From: Microthyrium microscopicum
Taxonomy: Eukaryota
Length of the DNA stretch: 64,000 nt
Direction of reading: 5' to 3'
NCBI GenBank assembly: GCA_010405405.1
Contig: MU004236.1
Span: forward strand, 570,576-634,575
The notes under the pieces were generated by a model that made no database searches, was not told the DNA's origin, and saw nothing but the letters and a program-made list of their open reading frames with translations. Shown in pieces: positions 12,006-24,411 of this stretch (position 1 is its first letter; each line of letters begins with the position of its first letter). Both the position numbers and the translations under genes were made by a program.

Positions 12006-13414
12006 CTACACTAAAGCATCTCTATATTCAGCTAGGAAGCCCTCAATGACCTTTCCAAATGTCTCCACATGCTCTTCTGTGTGCTCAATATTCATCGTGA
12101 TAAATCCTCTAGTGGCGATATAAATCCCATGTTCCAGCAGGTAATGATAGAAAACAGCATGCAAAACATCCTTCTCCGGCCCCGCAAAAGTAATGTTGAA
12201 CAAACTTCCAAGCCCCGTCGTATACATCTTAGGCGTAGCCGCCGCCCCAAGAAGTTTCTCGATCGACGTATCAATGAAATTCCTTAACCTTTCACCAAGC
12301 GCATTGAGCTTCTCAACCGTATCCTCATCCATGATCTTACACCCAGCAATGCCGGCAGCCATCGTAACAACATTATTATTAAACGTGCCCGAATGCGTCA
12401 ACTTACCATTCCGTGGATCAAACATCTCCATAATCTCACGCCTCCCACCAAAAGCACCGATTCCCATGCCGCCGCCAATCCACTTGCCAAGGGTCGTGAT
12501 ATCTGGGCTGATGCCGAGCGTTGACTGGAGTCCTCTGTAGGCTAGGCGGGAAGTCATGACTTCGTCTAGGATGAAGAGCGCTTCGTAGTCGGTAGCTGCC
12601 ATGCGCAGGTAGTGAAGGAAATCCAGCTGTCCTGGAATGGAGCCGCCTGCTCCTTGCATTCCCTCTACTAGGATTGCGGCGAGAGAGTCTGGTGGGAGGC
12701 CGGAGAGGATGGCTTTGGTGGCTTTGATGTCGTTGTAGGGCGCGAGGATGAAGTCGTATTTGGCGTTCATGCTGTATTTGGGGGATGCTTCTGGGAAGGA
12801 TAATGGACCGCCGTGATATCCTCCGATGAAAGCAAGGATCTAGTATTTCGATTAGTGAAATGGAAGAAGGTCCATGGTTCTGGAAACTAAACCTTTTGCT
12901 TTCCAGTGAAGCCAATCGCTGCTCCTATAGCCATCAGATTCGCTTCCGTACCGGAATTGCAGAATCGAATCATATCCATGCCGTTCCCAAATCGCTCGAC
13001 CAAGATCTTTGCAAGTTCACCCTCATATTGGTTCTTACCACCAAAGTTCCAACCTCCGTCCAAGGCTTTCACAATTGCTGCTTTGATCGTCGCATTGCTG
13101 TGGCCGTAGATGCCAGCAGAATATTCGCTCAGGAAATCGATGTACGAGTGTCCGTCAACAGAGAAGAGTGTAGTCGATTGGCCATGCGATATCGTCAAAG
13201 GAAATGGCAATGCGTGCAATACAGTCCGAGTGTTCGCGCCAGGCATATGCTTCAGAGTCTCATTGTAGAAAGCTAGAGATTTGGGGTTGCGATTCGCATA
13301 TCTGCGCTGCATGCTCTCCAGCGTTGTTTGGAGAGCAGATAGTGGCGGCTGTATCTTATCTGCTTGGCCATTGTTTTCAGGCTTGATAATTGGAAGCTTT
13401 AGACCTTTATCCAT
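12006..13414 (-). CDS. PLP-dependent class III aminotransferase (GSA-aminomutase-like fold, beta-amino-acid transaminase-like), 2 exons
   Basis: MPGANTRTVL, NSGTEANL, intron 12840-12892, then GGYHGG, FILDEVMTSRL, TLGKWIGGG (PLP Lys) and HSGTFNNN. Confidence 0.9.
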
Positions 13415-14365
13415 GATGTTGTGTGAAACTTGAGTGATGAAATTGGACCAAATTGGGCGATATTAGCTTCGAGGCGCTTATATCTGTATATCAGCTAACT
13501 TCACGAGACGAGTAGAGTATTTTGATGTTACGTCGACTAGCTTCGCAAGTTGAGCTGCAGCCTCACACGGCAACGTCTGAGTTCGGCAGTTTATCGCGGG
13601 ATATTCTATTCTAGCACTTTAGTGATTGCAAATGCTTTTGGTATCTGGGTAGACTAGAATTCTCACGAGGATACAATGTAGACATTTTAAGGGAGTCTTG
13701 ATGCGAATATTTTCAAGATTATATTCTGGTAAGGCTTGCCATGGTACCTCAGTGATAGTAGCAGGTACTCCCCGATCGATTTATGCCTCCTACTACGCCT
13801 TTGCGTAGATGTTTTGGAGGTCAAAGTGAACATAGAAGATTCAAGGAAATATTGAATAAGCTGTTGGACTTGTCGTGAGCTGGAATAGAAATGCCATGTC
13901 GGTAGACTTGTGAATGTGCCATTGATCTTGCCGCCTGACTCTTCTGCGCAGGTTGACTGCGCGAGTGCCCACTAGCTGAATGAATGCTATCGAGCTTCGA
14001 ACGCCATCTGTCGACTACAAAGAACTCGATCGTGAAGTACGCTCAATCGCCGAATCGGGGATGTAAGAAGTCGTGGTGAGCGCTGAGACATCGCGACAGG
14101 CATGGCTCAATAAGGCTAGCGCCAAAAGTGACGTCGATTTGCTTCATTTCCAGCCTGAATGTTGCGCGTAACCAACAAACAGCTCGACTTTCTGCAAGTA
14201 AACTTGATGAAATCGGCTTTTACATTTCTCCAGAGGACAAAATCTCCATCCCACGCCGGCAAGCGCCTGTTAAGCATACCAAGAAGACCCCCAAGATTCC
14301 AACTACCAGTGCCTTTCTTCAGCCAAGCAAATTGTTCAAAGCAACCATCAAAATACATACACGAA

Positions 14366-14867
14366 ATGTCAGACCAAGACTACGAGTCATTCCTTGACAA
14401 GGCAAACCAAGATACTGGAGCCTCCAAGGATCAGGCCCAATCCAAGTCCAAGTCAGTCGGTATCAAATCTGTAGACACAGATGTCCCCGTGGAACTGGAG
14501 AAAGTTGATGAGATTTACGTCTCTGACGCGGACGAGCCGTTCGAGCCACTTAGCCTGAAGTATAAGGGCGATGGGCTACCCAGCGCTGGTAAGTTTCGAA
14601 CCTTTTGTCTTGAAAGTGTTGCGCTGACGAGGTGTAGATGAGTTTGGCAAACTAGTGGGAGAAACGGTCGAGAGCATCAAGCAAAAGGACTTTGATCCGA
14701 GGGGCCAGTACAAAAAGGTGATTGATGCAGTCAAGAAGGCTGGCGACGGCGATGTTTCGTTCTTCAGAGCTGAGCTGGATAGCACACGGGTGCAATATCT
14801 TATCGTTAGCCTTGACTCCAAGAACAACAAACTTGTTGGTTTGAAGGCTTTAGCTATAGAATCATGA
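14366..14867 (+). CDS. Small acidic protein, NuiA (nuclease A inhibitor)-like, 2 exons
   Basis: ATG 14366 (MSDQDYESFLDKANQD); GTAAGT intron at ~14589-14638 joins to ORF 14655..14867. Motifs IYVSDADEPFEP and C-terminal LVGLKALAIES. The gene is well supported; the family call is from recall. Confidence 0.7.
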
Positions 14868-15178
14868 AATAACGATGGCAATGATACTGCTCACGATACC
14901 AGCATACACTTACTGAGTTTACTTTCTTTTGCAAAATGACGAAGAGTACAATAGTTCGCGTAGTATTCGCAGTCACTGTCAACGGCACATGTGTCAGGAT
15001 TACATTTCTCATTGTCTATCGTACAAAATCTCTAGGCAACTCGCACGATCGACCGCTGAAAAGTTCCAACGCAGTATGGTACAATCAAGGTGCCTCAAAA
15101 TCTCAATCTCTGGAAAATCGCACCTGCTCCGCTCCAGAACATTCCGCAGCAGGACTACAAGACACATAGCCTAGCACA

Positions 15179-17868
15179 TTAAGTCTTCAAACTGGCCAGC
15201 AGTCCACCCTCCGTTCGACTGTCAACAGCAGTGAAGGCGGCACCAGAATCCAGACCACGCTCAGCCCGCTCGTAGGCCTCCTCGCTACGATCAGTCAGGA
15301 TGCGAACGTCCTTATCTGTCAAAACCTGACCATCGCCAATCTCAACCTCCTCACCATCATCCTTGTCAATGCGAGCACGCAGCTCCGCCAACGTCTCGTT
15401 GTTGATACCTCCACGTACTCCGCCTTCTCGAATAACCAGCTTCTCCAGCCGACGCTTGCCTGCGGCCTTCTCCAGCAACTCTTCTTCCACGGTATTACGG
15501 GTAGCGAGGCGGTATACGATCACGTTGCGGGTTTGCCCGATTCGGTGAGCGCGATCTTGCGCTTGGAGATCCTGCTGAGGGTTCCAGTCGGAGTCATAGA
15601 GGACGACGGTGTCTGCAGCAACGAGATTGATGCCCTGTCCGCCAGCGCGAGTGGACAGGAGGAAGATGTCGGACTTCTCTGCGGAGGTGGTGGAGGTGTT
15701 ACTGAAAGCAGCGATTTGAAAAGCACGTTCAGCCTGTGGAGTGTCGCCGTCAATACGGGAGAAGGACCAATTGCGGATGGAGCAATAGGTCTCAAGAATG
15801 TCCAATTGTGTTTTGAACTGAGAAAAGATCAGCACCTTATGACCTCCTGCGAAGAGGGATGGCAGGAGGGCATCCAGAAGCATCATTTTGCCGGAACTTG
15901 TGATGACACTTTCATCTGGCGTAGTCTCTATGAGTTCCCCTTGGTCATCCAGCTCCAAGAAAGGGTTGAAGAAGTTGTAAGGAGAATCGCAGCAGAGTCG
16001 CAGTTGCATCATTGGATTGTCCAACTTCTTTTGCCCGATGTATTTCTTTGCAAGAGCAAGAGTCGAGGCGGTAACACGATCGTGTTCATCCTCAGAGTTG
16101 AAGGATTCTGTATCTTCTCGGTCGGGCGAGTTTTCCAACTCCTCAAAGTAAGCTCTGTCTGAGAGCTCAGCGTAATTGCGACGGCCAACTTTACGGCTTC
16201 CGCGAACACTAGACGCAGGAGTCGAATCGCGAGAGGTACGCGAACTCTTATTAGGAGTTTCGAGACCACTCGCGTTGAGTTTGCGCTTCAAGCTACCTGT
16301 GCTAGTCCGAACACTATTCGGAGTCGAAGAACGACTGACTGAGAGGCGTTGAAACATCTTGTCTTCTAGATAAGCGCGGCTTTTACGATCGATAATAGCC
16401 TTGTACAGCTCCTTCTGCACTGGAGTGAGATGCGCGAACAGTACATACTCACGCTTCTTGGGCAGTGATTTCTCTACGTCAGCTTTGATGCGTCGAAGCA
16501 GGAAAGGCTTTAGGATGGCGTGTAGAGATGCAACCAGCTTTGATTGGCGATCCTCCGAGAAGAGCTTGTTGTATGACTTCTTGTCCTTGACGTCAGAGAA
16601 GTCGAACCAAGATTGAAACTGGTCCAGTTTGTCAAATACTTCTGGCATTAGAAAATGTAGCAACGACCATAGCTCATTAAGGTTGTTCTGCAATGGTGTT
16701 CCTGTAATCAAGAGCCGATTGGAAGATTGATAACTCATTAGATCCCGAATGAGTTTGCAATCTAGATTCTTCAATCTATGACCTTCATCCTGAGAAGTGT
16801 TAAAACAGTGCTGAAGCCGTTAAACATGAAGTGACAGAAGACTCACAATAATCAAGAACGACCACGGATAGTTTTGCAGAAACTTCTTGTCGTTCATGCA
16901 TATTTCATAGCTCGTGATGACAACTGGAAATGTGGGCGTGCCTGGTGACTTCAGTTTCTTGGCCCGAATCTGGGCTCGCTCCGCCTTGCTGCCATGGTAG
17001 AGCACTGTTGGAATTTCCGGTGTCCACTTTGAGAACTCATTGACCCAGTTGGACGTCGTACTCAGAGGGGCAGCGATTAGGAACGGGCCATAGGCCTCCT
17101 TCTCGCGCAAAAAGGCCAGAAGAGAAATAGTCTGTATCGTCTTGCCCAAGCCCATCTCGTCTGCTAGAATGCCGTTGAGTCCATTCTCGTACAAGGATAT
17201 CATCCACTCCAGCCCTTCAAGCTGGTATTTTCTCATGGCGCCACCTGTAACAAGCGATGGCTGACGGGCCGATTTGAGGTTCTGGATCCCGATATCACCT
17301 GCGCGAATATCTTCTTCTACCGCTTCCTGAATGGCATCGTTGACAGTGCCTTGGCCAGCCTTCGCGGCGACGTCTTCTTTGCTGAAGAAGCTGGTCAGTT
17401 TACCAGTCTGTGGGGCACCCGACTTCTTAGGCCGACCGCGACCACGCTTAGTAGTCGAGGCTTTGCCGTCGTCTTCCAAAGCACCTCCACGGGCACTACG
17501 GCGCTGCGCATCCTCGGCGACTTTTTCAGCCACGTCTTCTTTTCTCTGGGCCTTCTTCATGGAGCGATCGGTTTTGGCTGCATCGGCTTCATCTTGTTTC
17601 TGCATGTTCTCGAGCATAATCGTCGAGAAAAGCTACAGATTGTAAGCTTAATTCAGGTAAACACACTCGAGGGTAGACAAACCTTGCTTTGGTTGAGCAA
17701 GAAGTCCAGCGCCTTGAACTTCTTGTCAAGGGCTTCGGATCCTTCACCAAGAACCTTCTTACGCTCTGCCTCCATTGCTTCATCATTCTTGGCCTTCTCT
17801 GCTTCGAGTTGCTTGCGAATTTTCTCCTCTTCTTGACGCATAGCGTCAGTTACGGAAGCGCCCTCCAT
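15179..17868 (-). CDS. SNF2-family chromatin remodelling ATPase, Lsh/HELLS/Irc5/DDM1 subfamily, 3 exons
   Basis: N-terminal ALDFLLNQSK..STI, QPSLVTGGAMRKYQLEGLEW, GILADEMGLGKTIQ, IIDEGHRLKN (spliced), LLITGTPLQNNL, FLLSTRAGGQGINL, QDLQAQDRAHRIGQ. Confidence 0.92.
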
Positions 17869-18187
17869 AATCAACGACTGTGATTTCAATGAAAGAGAGT
17901 CCTCCGGTATCAGTAGTATGTTGAAGTAAAACAGGAGAGGAATTTCAAATGGAGCGACCACCGAAAAGCCACAACACGACTAAGAAGTCGAGGACGTCAT
18001 GGGGAATGTGTAAAAGGAAAGATGTAGGACTTCAAGAGGGGTTGAATGTTCAAATTGAAGAAAGATACTGTAGTAGGAATGACTCAAAGAGCACAGTTTA
18101 CCTTGTATGGCAATATCGGACCTGTTGAAAGTTCAGAGGTTATCGTCGCCTCCTCGAGTCCTCGTTGCTCCTGAATGTGGCAACAAG

Positions 18188-18233
18188 GCGCGTCGCGTGC
18201 TAAAATCGCGAAATGCTGACGCGAAGTCACGTG
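18188..18233. promoter_or_regulatory. Cluster of CGCG (MCB/SCB-like) elements upstream of the Lsh/Irc5 helicase
   Basis: GCGCGTCGCGTGCTAAAATCGCGAAATGCTGACGCGAAGTCACGTG: four CGCG cores in ~40 bp, including CGCGAAA. Confidence 0.45.
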
Positions 18234-19197
18234 CGGCTCATTAGACCAACAATTTCCAACTTCAGTCGTTCATCGAAGTTGAGATCAAGTGTGCAATTCG
18301 TGTTATCAGGGAGATTTCATCTCCAATGGCTCAGGCATACTGGTTCTGTAAATGATCTTGTTCGGAGATGATGAGTCAAAACAATAGCTCACTAAGTAGG
18401 TATCTTGAGGGAGATGAGGCTGCAGGACTTCAACGCTCGATAGTGTCAATTCATAGGTAATTGACTTCTCTGATATAAATCTGACGCGAGTTGAAAGCAC
18501 GTCTTGTTTCTTCGGGATAGATGAGTTGATATTCTTTAGCAAAACAGGAAGAATCCGCACATCGCTCCTACCTTAAGATGCTCAAACCACACAACTAGGG
18601 AAGGAACATGATGGCCCAAACAACTCGTTCTTACCAAAGCTTGCTTCAAACAGCAACTAGAGAATGCATCATCCCTTGAACTGTTTCACAATGTTCAGTT
18701 GGGGAAGGTGCTACTTCCGATAAATACCAACACCACACTGTTTTTGGACATGATTTCCACAAACGAAGGCTTGATTAAGATACCGCAGCCAAAATATGAA
18801 TGAGCGACTGGTAGAAACAGCGCTAAAGACAGGCGGAAATTACTTCTACAGTCTAGTCCCTACCTCAGGAGTAGTCAGGCACTCAACTAGCAAGCAAATT
18901 GGGACTGCACAGCTCAGTGATTGGCAGTTTGTAACGATATGATGAGGTGAAAACCACCCTCAAATCTTATCGTGACTTCCGAAAGCTACAGCTTAGCCTC
19001 AAGTTACGGCCGGAGGTTATTCCGAAGCACAATCTTGTTGGTATTTAACCTTTTCGCAGCTTCGATTCTTCCTCCACTTCTTCTTCTTCTTCACCACCAT
19101 TTCACAGAAGATTTTTCACAACACCAAATCCAAAGCTCTTTTCTTACCAAACAATCAACTACCACTACCCGTTCTTTGAACACCCACATCAAGCAAG

Positions 19198-19999
19198 ATG
19201 CGTTTCTCCATCGCTACCATTCTGGCCTTGGCCACTTCGTTCGTCGCTGAAACTGCTGCTTTCTCGATCTACGACCCAAAATTCCAGGCCTCATGTGTCC
19301 AGGTAAGTCCAAGTTAGCTCGCAACACTTGTCCATCATGAAATTGACAAACTGCACAGGCCCACAACGATTGTCGTTCCAAGCATTGCTCTCCCAATGTC
19401 AACTGGAACAATGACCTTGCCGTAGCTGCTCAGAGCAGCGCCAATCAGTGTGTTTTCAAGCACATTGTAAGTCTACTTATGACCTTTGCTAGTGAATCTT
19501 CTCTAACATCAACCAGGGCTCAGGCTATGGTCAGAACTTGTTGGGCGTAACAACCACTACCGGTTATGCCGATTTCGACTTCAATCAGTACGACGGTATT
19601 GCCAAGGCCTGGTACGGCGAGGTATGTTCCCAGAATCCGTTTTTGATTTGAACGATTATGCTTATTTTTGAAAGGGTGCGAAATACAACTACAGCCGTCC
19701 TGGTTGGTTGGGAGACGCCAGCACCGGAGAGTTGGGCCACTTCACTCAGGTGGTCTGGAAGGCATCGGTCAACATTGGCTGTGCATGGTGAGTGGCTTCC
19801 TTTTGCCTCGCATATGATCGACCAGACACTAACAAATCACAGGAACTCCAAGCCCTGCCCAGCTGGCGATGGCAAATGGAGCTACTACTTCTACTGCAAC
19901 TACACCCCTCAAGGCAATGTGTACACCAATGGACCGGATCCCAACATCTTGTTCGAACAAAATGTTCTTCCAGAGGGATGTGGTGGCCATAAGTACTAG
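19198..19999 (+). CDS. Secreted CAP/PR-1/SCP (Pry1-like) protein, ~5 exons
   Basis: Signal peptide MRFSIATILALATSFVA; AHNDCRSKH, WNNDLA, YGQNL, AWYGE, GHFTQVVWK (CAP1), YFYCNYTPQGN (CAP2). Confidence 0.9.
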
Positions 20000-20335
20000 C
20001 CAACAGATGGCAGTACCTCCCTCTCCACTTCACGGTTGTTACTGATGACAATGATGGGGTTGGTGTTTGTGGTGTTTATGTGTCGGGGCCTGTAAATTAT
20101 ATTTCTGTGTGAGATGTCTCACCACGCCCTACATAGGTTTGATCTTGAAAGTCCACTGGACATTTCTGAGTCTCAATGAAGATGATAATCCATTTAACAA
20201 CTGTTTCCTCATGCGTGAACTTGATGATTGAAGAGAATGGCAATTTCAGACGCTGTTGTGGAATCGCATCGCCTGTGATGGTAGCCAGCCATAGAGGGTG
20301 GCGGTGAGTTCGGAAAACGTTGATATTTGTATATA

Positions 20336-21864
20336 CTAGACTTTCTGCTTCCCCTTCTTCACAGCCGAACCATTCGATTTCTTCTTTGCACTTTTTGCTG
20401 GCGTTTCCACCTCTGTGGGCGCAGGCGTAGGCATCTCAGTAGTAGCTCGCGGCGTGCCCCCATAGCTCTGCGGTCTACTTTGTCCCAACGGCATTCTTGA
20501 CGTCGCCCTTGACACTAATCCCATCTCTTCGAGCGCCGTAATCTCCAGATCCTGCTCCTCTGTCAATAAGGAGCCCTCAATACTGACGACTGTGCGCTCA
20601 TCGCGTTCCATTGTCAAATCAAAATCTCGTGCGCGGAAGTCTAGCATCCCACCCACTGGATTTCCATTCCCATCATGCCATGCCCCTGCTCCACCAAGTC
20701 GTAGGTTCATTACGTCCACATCTTCTCCGCCGATGGAAGATGCATCATCGGACAGGTCGGCAATCCAGCGCCAAGACTTGGGAAGACGCGAGCGCGCGAT
20801 ACTGGCATTCCAGAGACCTTTGACGATGAGCGCAATATGTGATTCTGTCTGCAGTGTGACTTGGCCGGACAGCCAAGCACCTTTATTGGGGCGGAAGACG
20901 AGTAACTCGGCTGAGACCCAGATGTACGAGTCCGCGTAACCGTCCGTGAGTTGAGCGAGACTAAGATCATGTTTCTTCGGCGGAGCTGACACTGCGGCAT
21001 TGCGGTAGGCGACAACAATACCTTTCACCGGTGGGTGGTAGCCGAGGAGGGCGGTGGAGAGGGAGTTTGCGCATGATGCCTCGAAAGTGTAGCTGTTGCC
21101 GACGGGAGGAACGGGAAGGTACATTTTGGCGGTGATGAGTTTGAATGAGCTGTTAGCTGGACTGCTCGTGGGTCTGGTAAGGGTCCCCTCCAGTGTCACC
21201 GTGGAGTCGAAAGGTTTGTGTTGGAACGCGTTCTGATATGTCGTAGGATGGATAAGATATCGGCTTGGGGTCTTCTCGGGAGTTGGTTCGCCCATTTCTA
21301 TATCTTGCATAGTACCATTTGTTGCTTGGGTTTCTGTTATGTTTTCATCCTTCCGTTTCGATTTCTTGGTATCCTTCTTGGCTTTGGACTTTTTCTCTTT
21401 TCCTGGAGTTGCACTTTCATCCTTGTCCTTTTTCTTCTTCTTCTTGGTCGTCGAATCTGCTGATGGTACGGGTACAGCTGATTTGGGGATAGTGGGCAAT
21501 GAAATTTTGGTAGTTGGAACGCTACTTGGGCCCGGGCTTGCTTGTGATGTAGATGTGGTGGGCATCGGTGATTCTGAAGGGATGTGAGGAAGTGGTACTT
21601 GCGACGGATTTGAGATAGGTGCGGGAGCTAGTTATGGTGAGTTTGATTCGTTTCATAGTCGCGGCAATGGAATAAGAGCTTACTGCCGGAACCTGATATG
21701 AGCTCTGAGGGTAGAGGGACTCGAGAAGTTTTCAGTAGAACAGGTGTATCCTCAGACCGGACCTTTCGCTTCTTGGGCCTTGAATCAGTGTTCTCCTCAC
21801 CCTCAGTCTTCCGCCTCTTCTTCGAACCATCTTTTGATTTTCGAGGTTTTTCTTCTTCCGACAT
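20336..21864 (-). CDS. RPA43: RNA polymerase I subunit A43 (Rpa43)-like with long Lys-rich N-terminus, 2 exons
   Basis: MYLPVPP, LLGYHPPVKGIVVAY, YIWVSAELLVFRP..GAWLSGQVTLQTESHIALIVKGLWNASI, VSIEGSL; intron ~21628-21683 links the upstream MSEEEKPRK exon. Confidence 0.8.
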
Positions 21865-22672
21865 GTTTCCTGAGGGCAAAGGTGGATAAGAAGAAGAGAT
21901 ATAGCGATATCGTAAGGTTTTTGGGTGCACAAGTAGCGATCCGAACTTTTCTTTGCGACTCGCAGAAAAAAAGAGTCGGCTTTGAAGTTGAGTCCCGCAC
22001 CAATTGAGTGGGACCGTGCGCTGCCAAGGATCTGATCAGCCTTGCGATAAGGTTCTATCAGGCTGAGAACTCCAACCTCAACCTTATTGCATTGCCTTGA
22101 TGGATGGTCTTCATAATATTTGCCAGATATTCGAATCATTTGAATTGCTTAACTCCGATCTACGTGCCGCATGACCGTATATGGCATCTTTTCATGAACG
22201 ACGATGGTTGTCGTCGTGTCGATAATAGCGTTTCCTTATTCAGCAAAGAGGTTTTATTTCTCGTCATCATGAAAGGCTAAGAATTGAAAATAATCTCTGA
22301 GAGATAAAGCATTTCGATTAAGAGTGTAGCATATGGGAGCCAATGATGCTGGTGGGACCGCGCCACTTAACAGGTACTGCCTTGACCCGATGCCATCCTT
22401 CGCACCTGCTATTATAATCGCACACTAGACCTATCATGAGCAAGTATACTCAGAAGCTCTTCCCTCTGGGACACCGCGAATCTCCACTTGCAACTGATGA
22501 CCTGATCAGTTTTGCTGCTAGGGAAGGCACAGGCTGATTCCCCACCAGGCAATTAGTGAGATCCTCGACTTTCAAGTTGGCTCTGGAATCCTTCTCTAAC
22601 TTCAACTTTTACCTTTCACACTCTGCTTCGCTATTTGACAGAAATCGCTAAAAAATCACCTACCCGGTCAAG

Positions 22673-23746
22673 ATGAAGCTCTCTACCACCATCTTCATTG
22701 TCTCTATGGCTACAATTGCTATCGCAATTCCTACTTCCGAAACCATTACCAAGCACTGTCTGAACACTTGTTTCTCCGAACAGAAAGGTCATTTCACTGG
22801 TATTGACGAGAACGGTTGTGCTACGAACCTCGCTGGCTTTGTGAACTGCACCATCGCCTACCCAATCGACATCGTCCCACAGCAGCTTGCTTGTCGTCGT
22901 CTCTGCGATCACTGCGTTATCTCCAATTGCGCCGAAGATTATTGTCCCACTGACGGTCCATATACCGAAGTCTGCTCTGACAAGAACCATCCTCAGCTCG
23001 CAACCAAATTCCCACTTCTAGTTCAGGAATTGACCGCAGGTGTTTTGGAAACATCTATCGACATTCCACAGGCAGGTAAGAGTTCTTTATGAAAATGACT
23101 CCTCTTGATGCCATTGCGTATCATGACTTTGCAATCAATGGACAACATAAATGGCGTGGCCCCCGTCAGCTTCTTTGGCTGCCATTCCCATCGAGTATGA
23201 TGGGAACCAAAATGTGTGTTCCCTTATAAGGCCCAGTGGTAGACAAGGCGTCCGATGGAAATGTGCCATTTATTTTGTGGAGCCGTCGGCTTTGATGAAT
23301 AACACTTTTTGGCAAACTTGCGCTAATCAATATCAGGAATCTTTTCTTCTCTCGGAGCTTCTTACGACCAGTCCTCTACATCTTCCACTCCCGAAGTTCC
23401 TGTCGCTGAGCCTTCTCTTAGCGCAGGAGGTGCCATCATTGCCACGGCTGTCAGTGCTGGAGTTGCCGCTGCTGGAACCTCAACCATCAATTCTTCAGGT
23501 TCTCTGATCGAACGTGCTGCTGCTTGTAAAGCACCACCTTCCGATACCATCTGCGGTGATCTTGGCTTCGGCGACGGACCAGGAAATTGCGCACCAGTCA
23601 ACTCGGGTTTCATTGTTTGTATGCTTGCTTTTCAGGGCAATGCGATTTGTATCGAGGATTGCCTTAGTTGTGTGAACAGCTCGTGTGGTGAGTACTTTTG
23701 TAGTACTGGTCCTTGGAATCACATCTGTGGTCCTGGCGCCAATTAG
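22673..23746 (+). CDS. Secreted cysteine-rich protein with two homologous 10-Cys modules, 2 exons
   Basis: Signal peptide MKLSTTIFIVSMATIAIA. Donor GTAAGA at 23076, branch GCTAAT and acceptor CAG at 23336 give an open second exon ending ...CSTGPWNHICGPGAN* at 23746. Confidence 0.75.
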
Positions 23747-23829
23747 CTGTGTCACAAGAAGAGGAGAAATCGTTGTTGATCAACGAATTCGCGGGTTGGG
23801 TTTCTGTTGGTAGCAAGAATGGTGTCTAT

Positions 23830-24105
23830 ACCATGAACACTGTTGAGGTCCAGAAATACCATTAACTCCCATGGACATTGCTTACCTCTTCGAACAACGT
23901 AGAATCTCATAGATATCGTTGACTTCAATAGACACTGTTGACTCCCATAAGCACCGTTGACGCCCATGAACACTATTGAGTCCCATGCAACGTACTCACT
24001 ATCTTAACCAGATTTGGATTCCATAGGTATTGTTGACTTCCATGGGCGTCGTAGACTTCCATAGATATTGTTCGCTTCCATGGACCATAAGCACTATTCA
24101 TTCCG
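23830..24105. repeat. Degenerate ~19-bp minisatellite (consensus approx. ATRGACACTGTTGACTYCC)
   Basis: Units include ATAGATATCGTTGACTTCA, ATAGACACTGTTGACTCCC, ATAAGCACCGTTGACGCCC, ATGAACACTATTGAGTCCC, ATAGGTATTGTTGACTTCC, ATGGGCGTCGTAGACTTCC and ATAGATATTGTTCGCTTCC. Confidence 0.8.
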
Positions 24106-24411
24106 GTTTAGCACTTTACATGATCGTGGTCCACGGGAGTGTGCTTTGCTATGCCTATTGGGATACTTTAGGCCCCGATGCTTCCCACTAAATAACCACG
24201 AGGCTGATGTTGCTATGTGATAAGTAGAGTTCTTTGAGCACAAACTACACAAGACGAAGAATCACGTTACAGGAATGAACAGAATAGTAAAGTTGTGAGC
24301 TGATCGGCTCAATATGCTTTCATGCCTATCGAAAACAGCAAAGGGACAAGACCCATGATTCCTCTAACTCCTCTTTTGAATCCCCAGTGTCATGACTTAG
24401 TAGCCAGAATC

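Noticed and set aside
12006..13414. Calling this gene hemL (GSA aminomutase)
   Set aside because: The fold is right, but fungi use the Shemin pathway and the motifs fit the beta-transaminase-like subgroup better; no symbol assigned.
23830..24105. CRISPR-like array
   Set aside because: Units are contiguous and degenerate with no unique spacers, there are no cas genes, and the context is eukaryotic.
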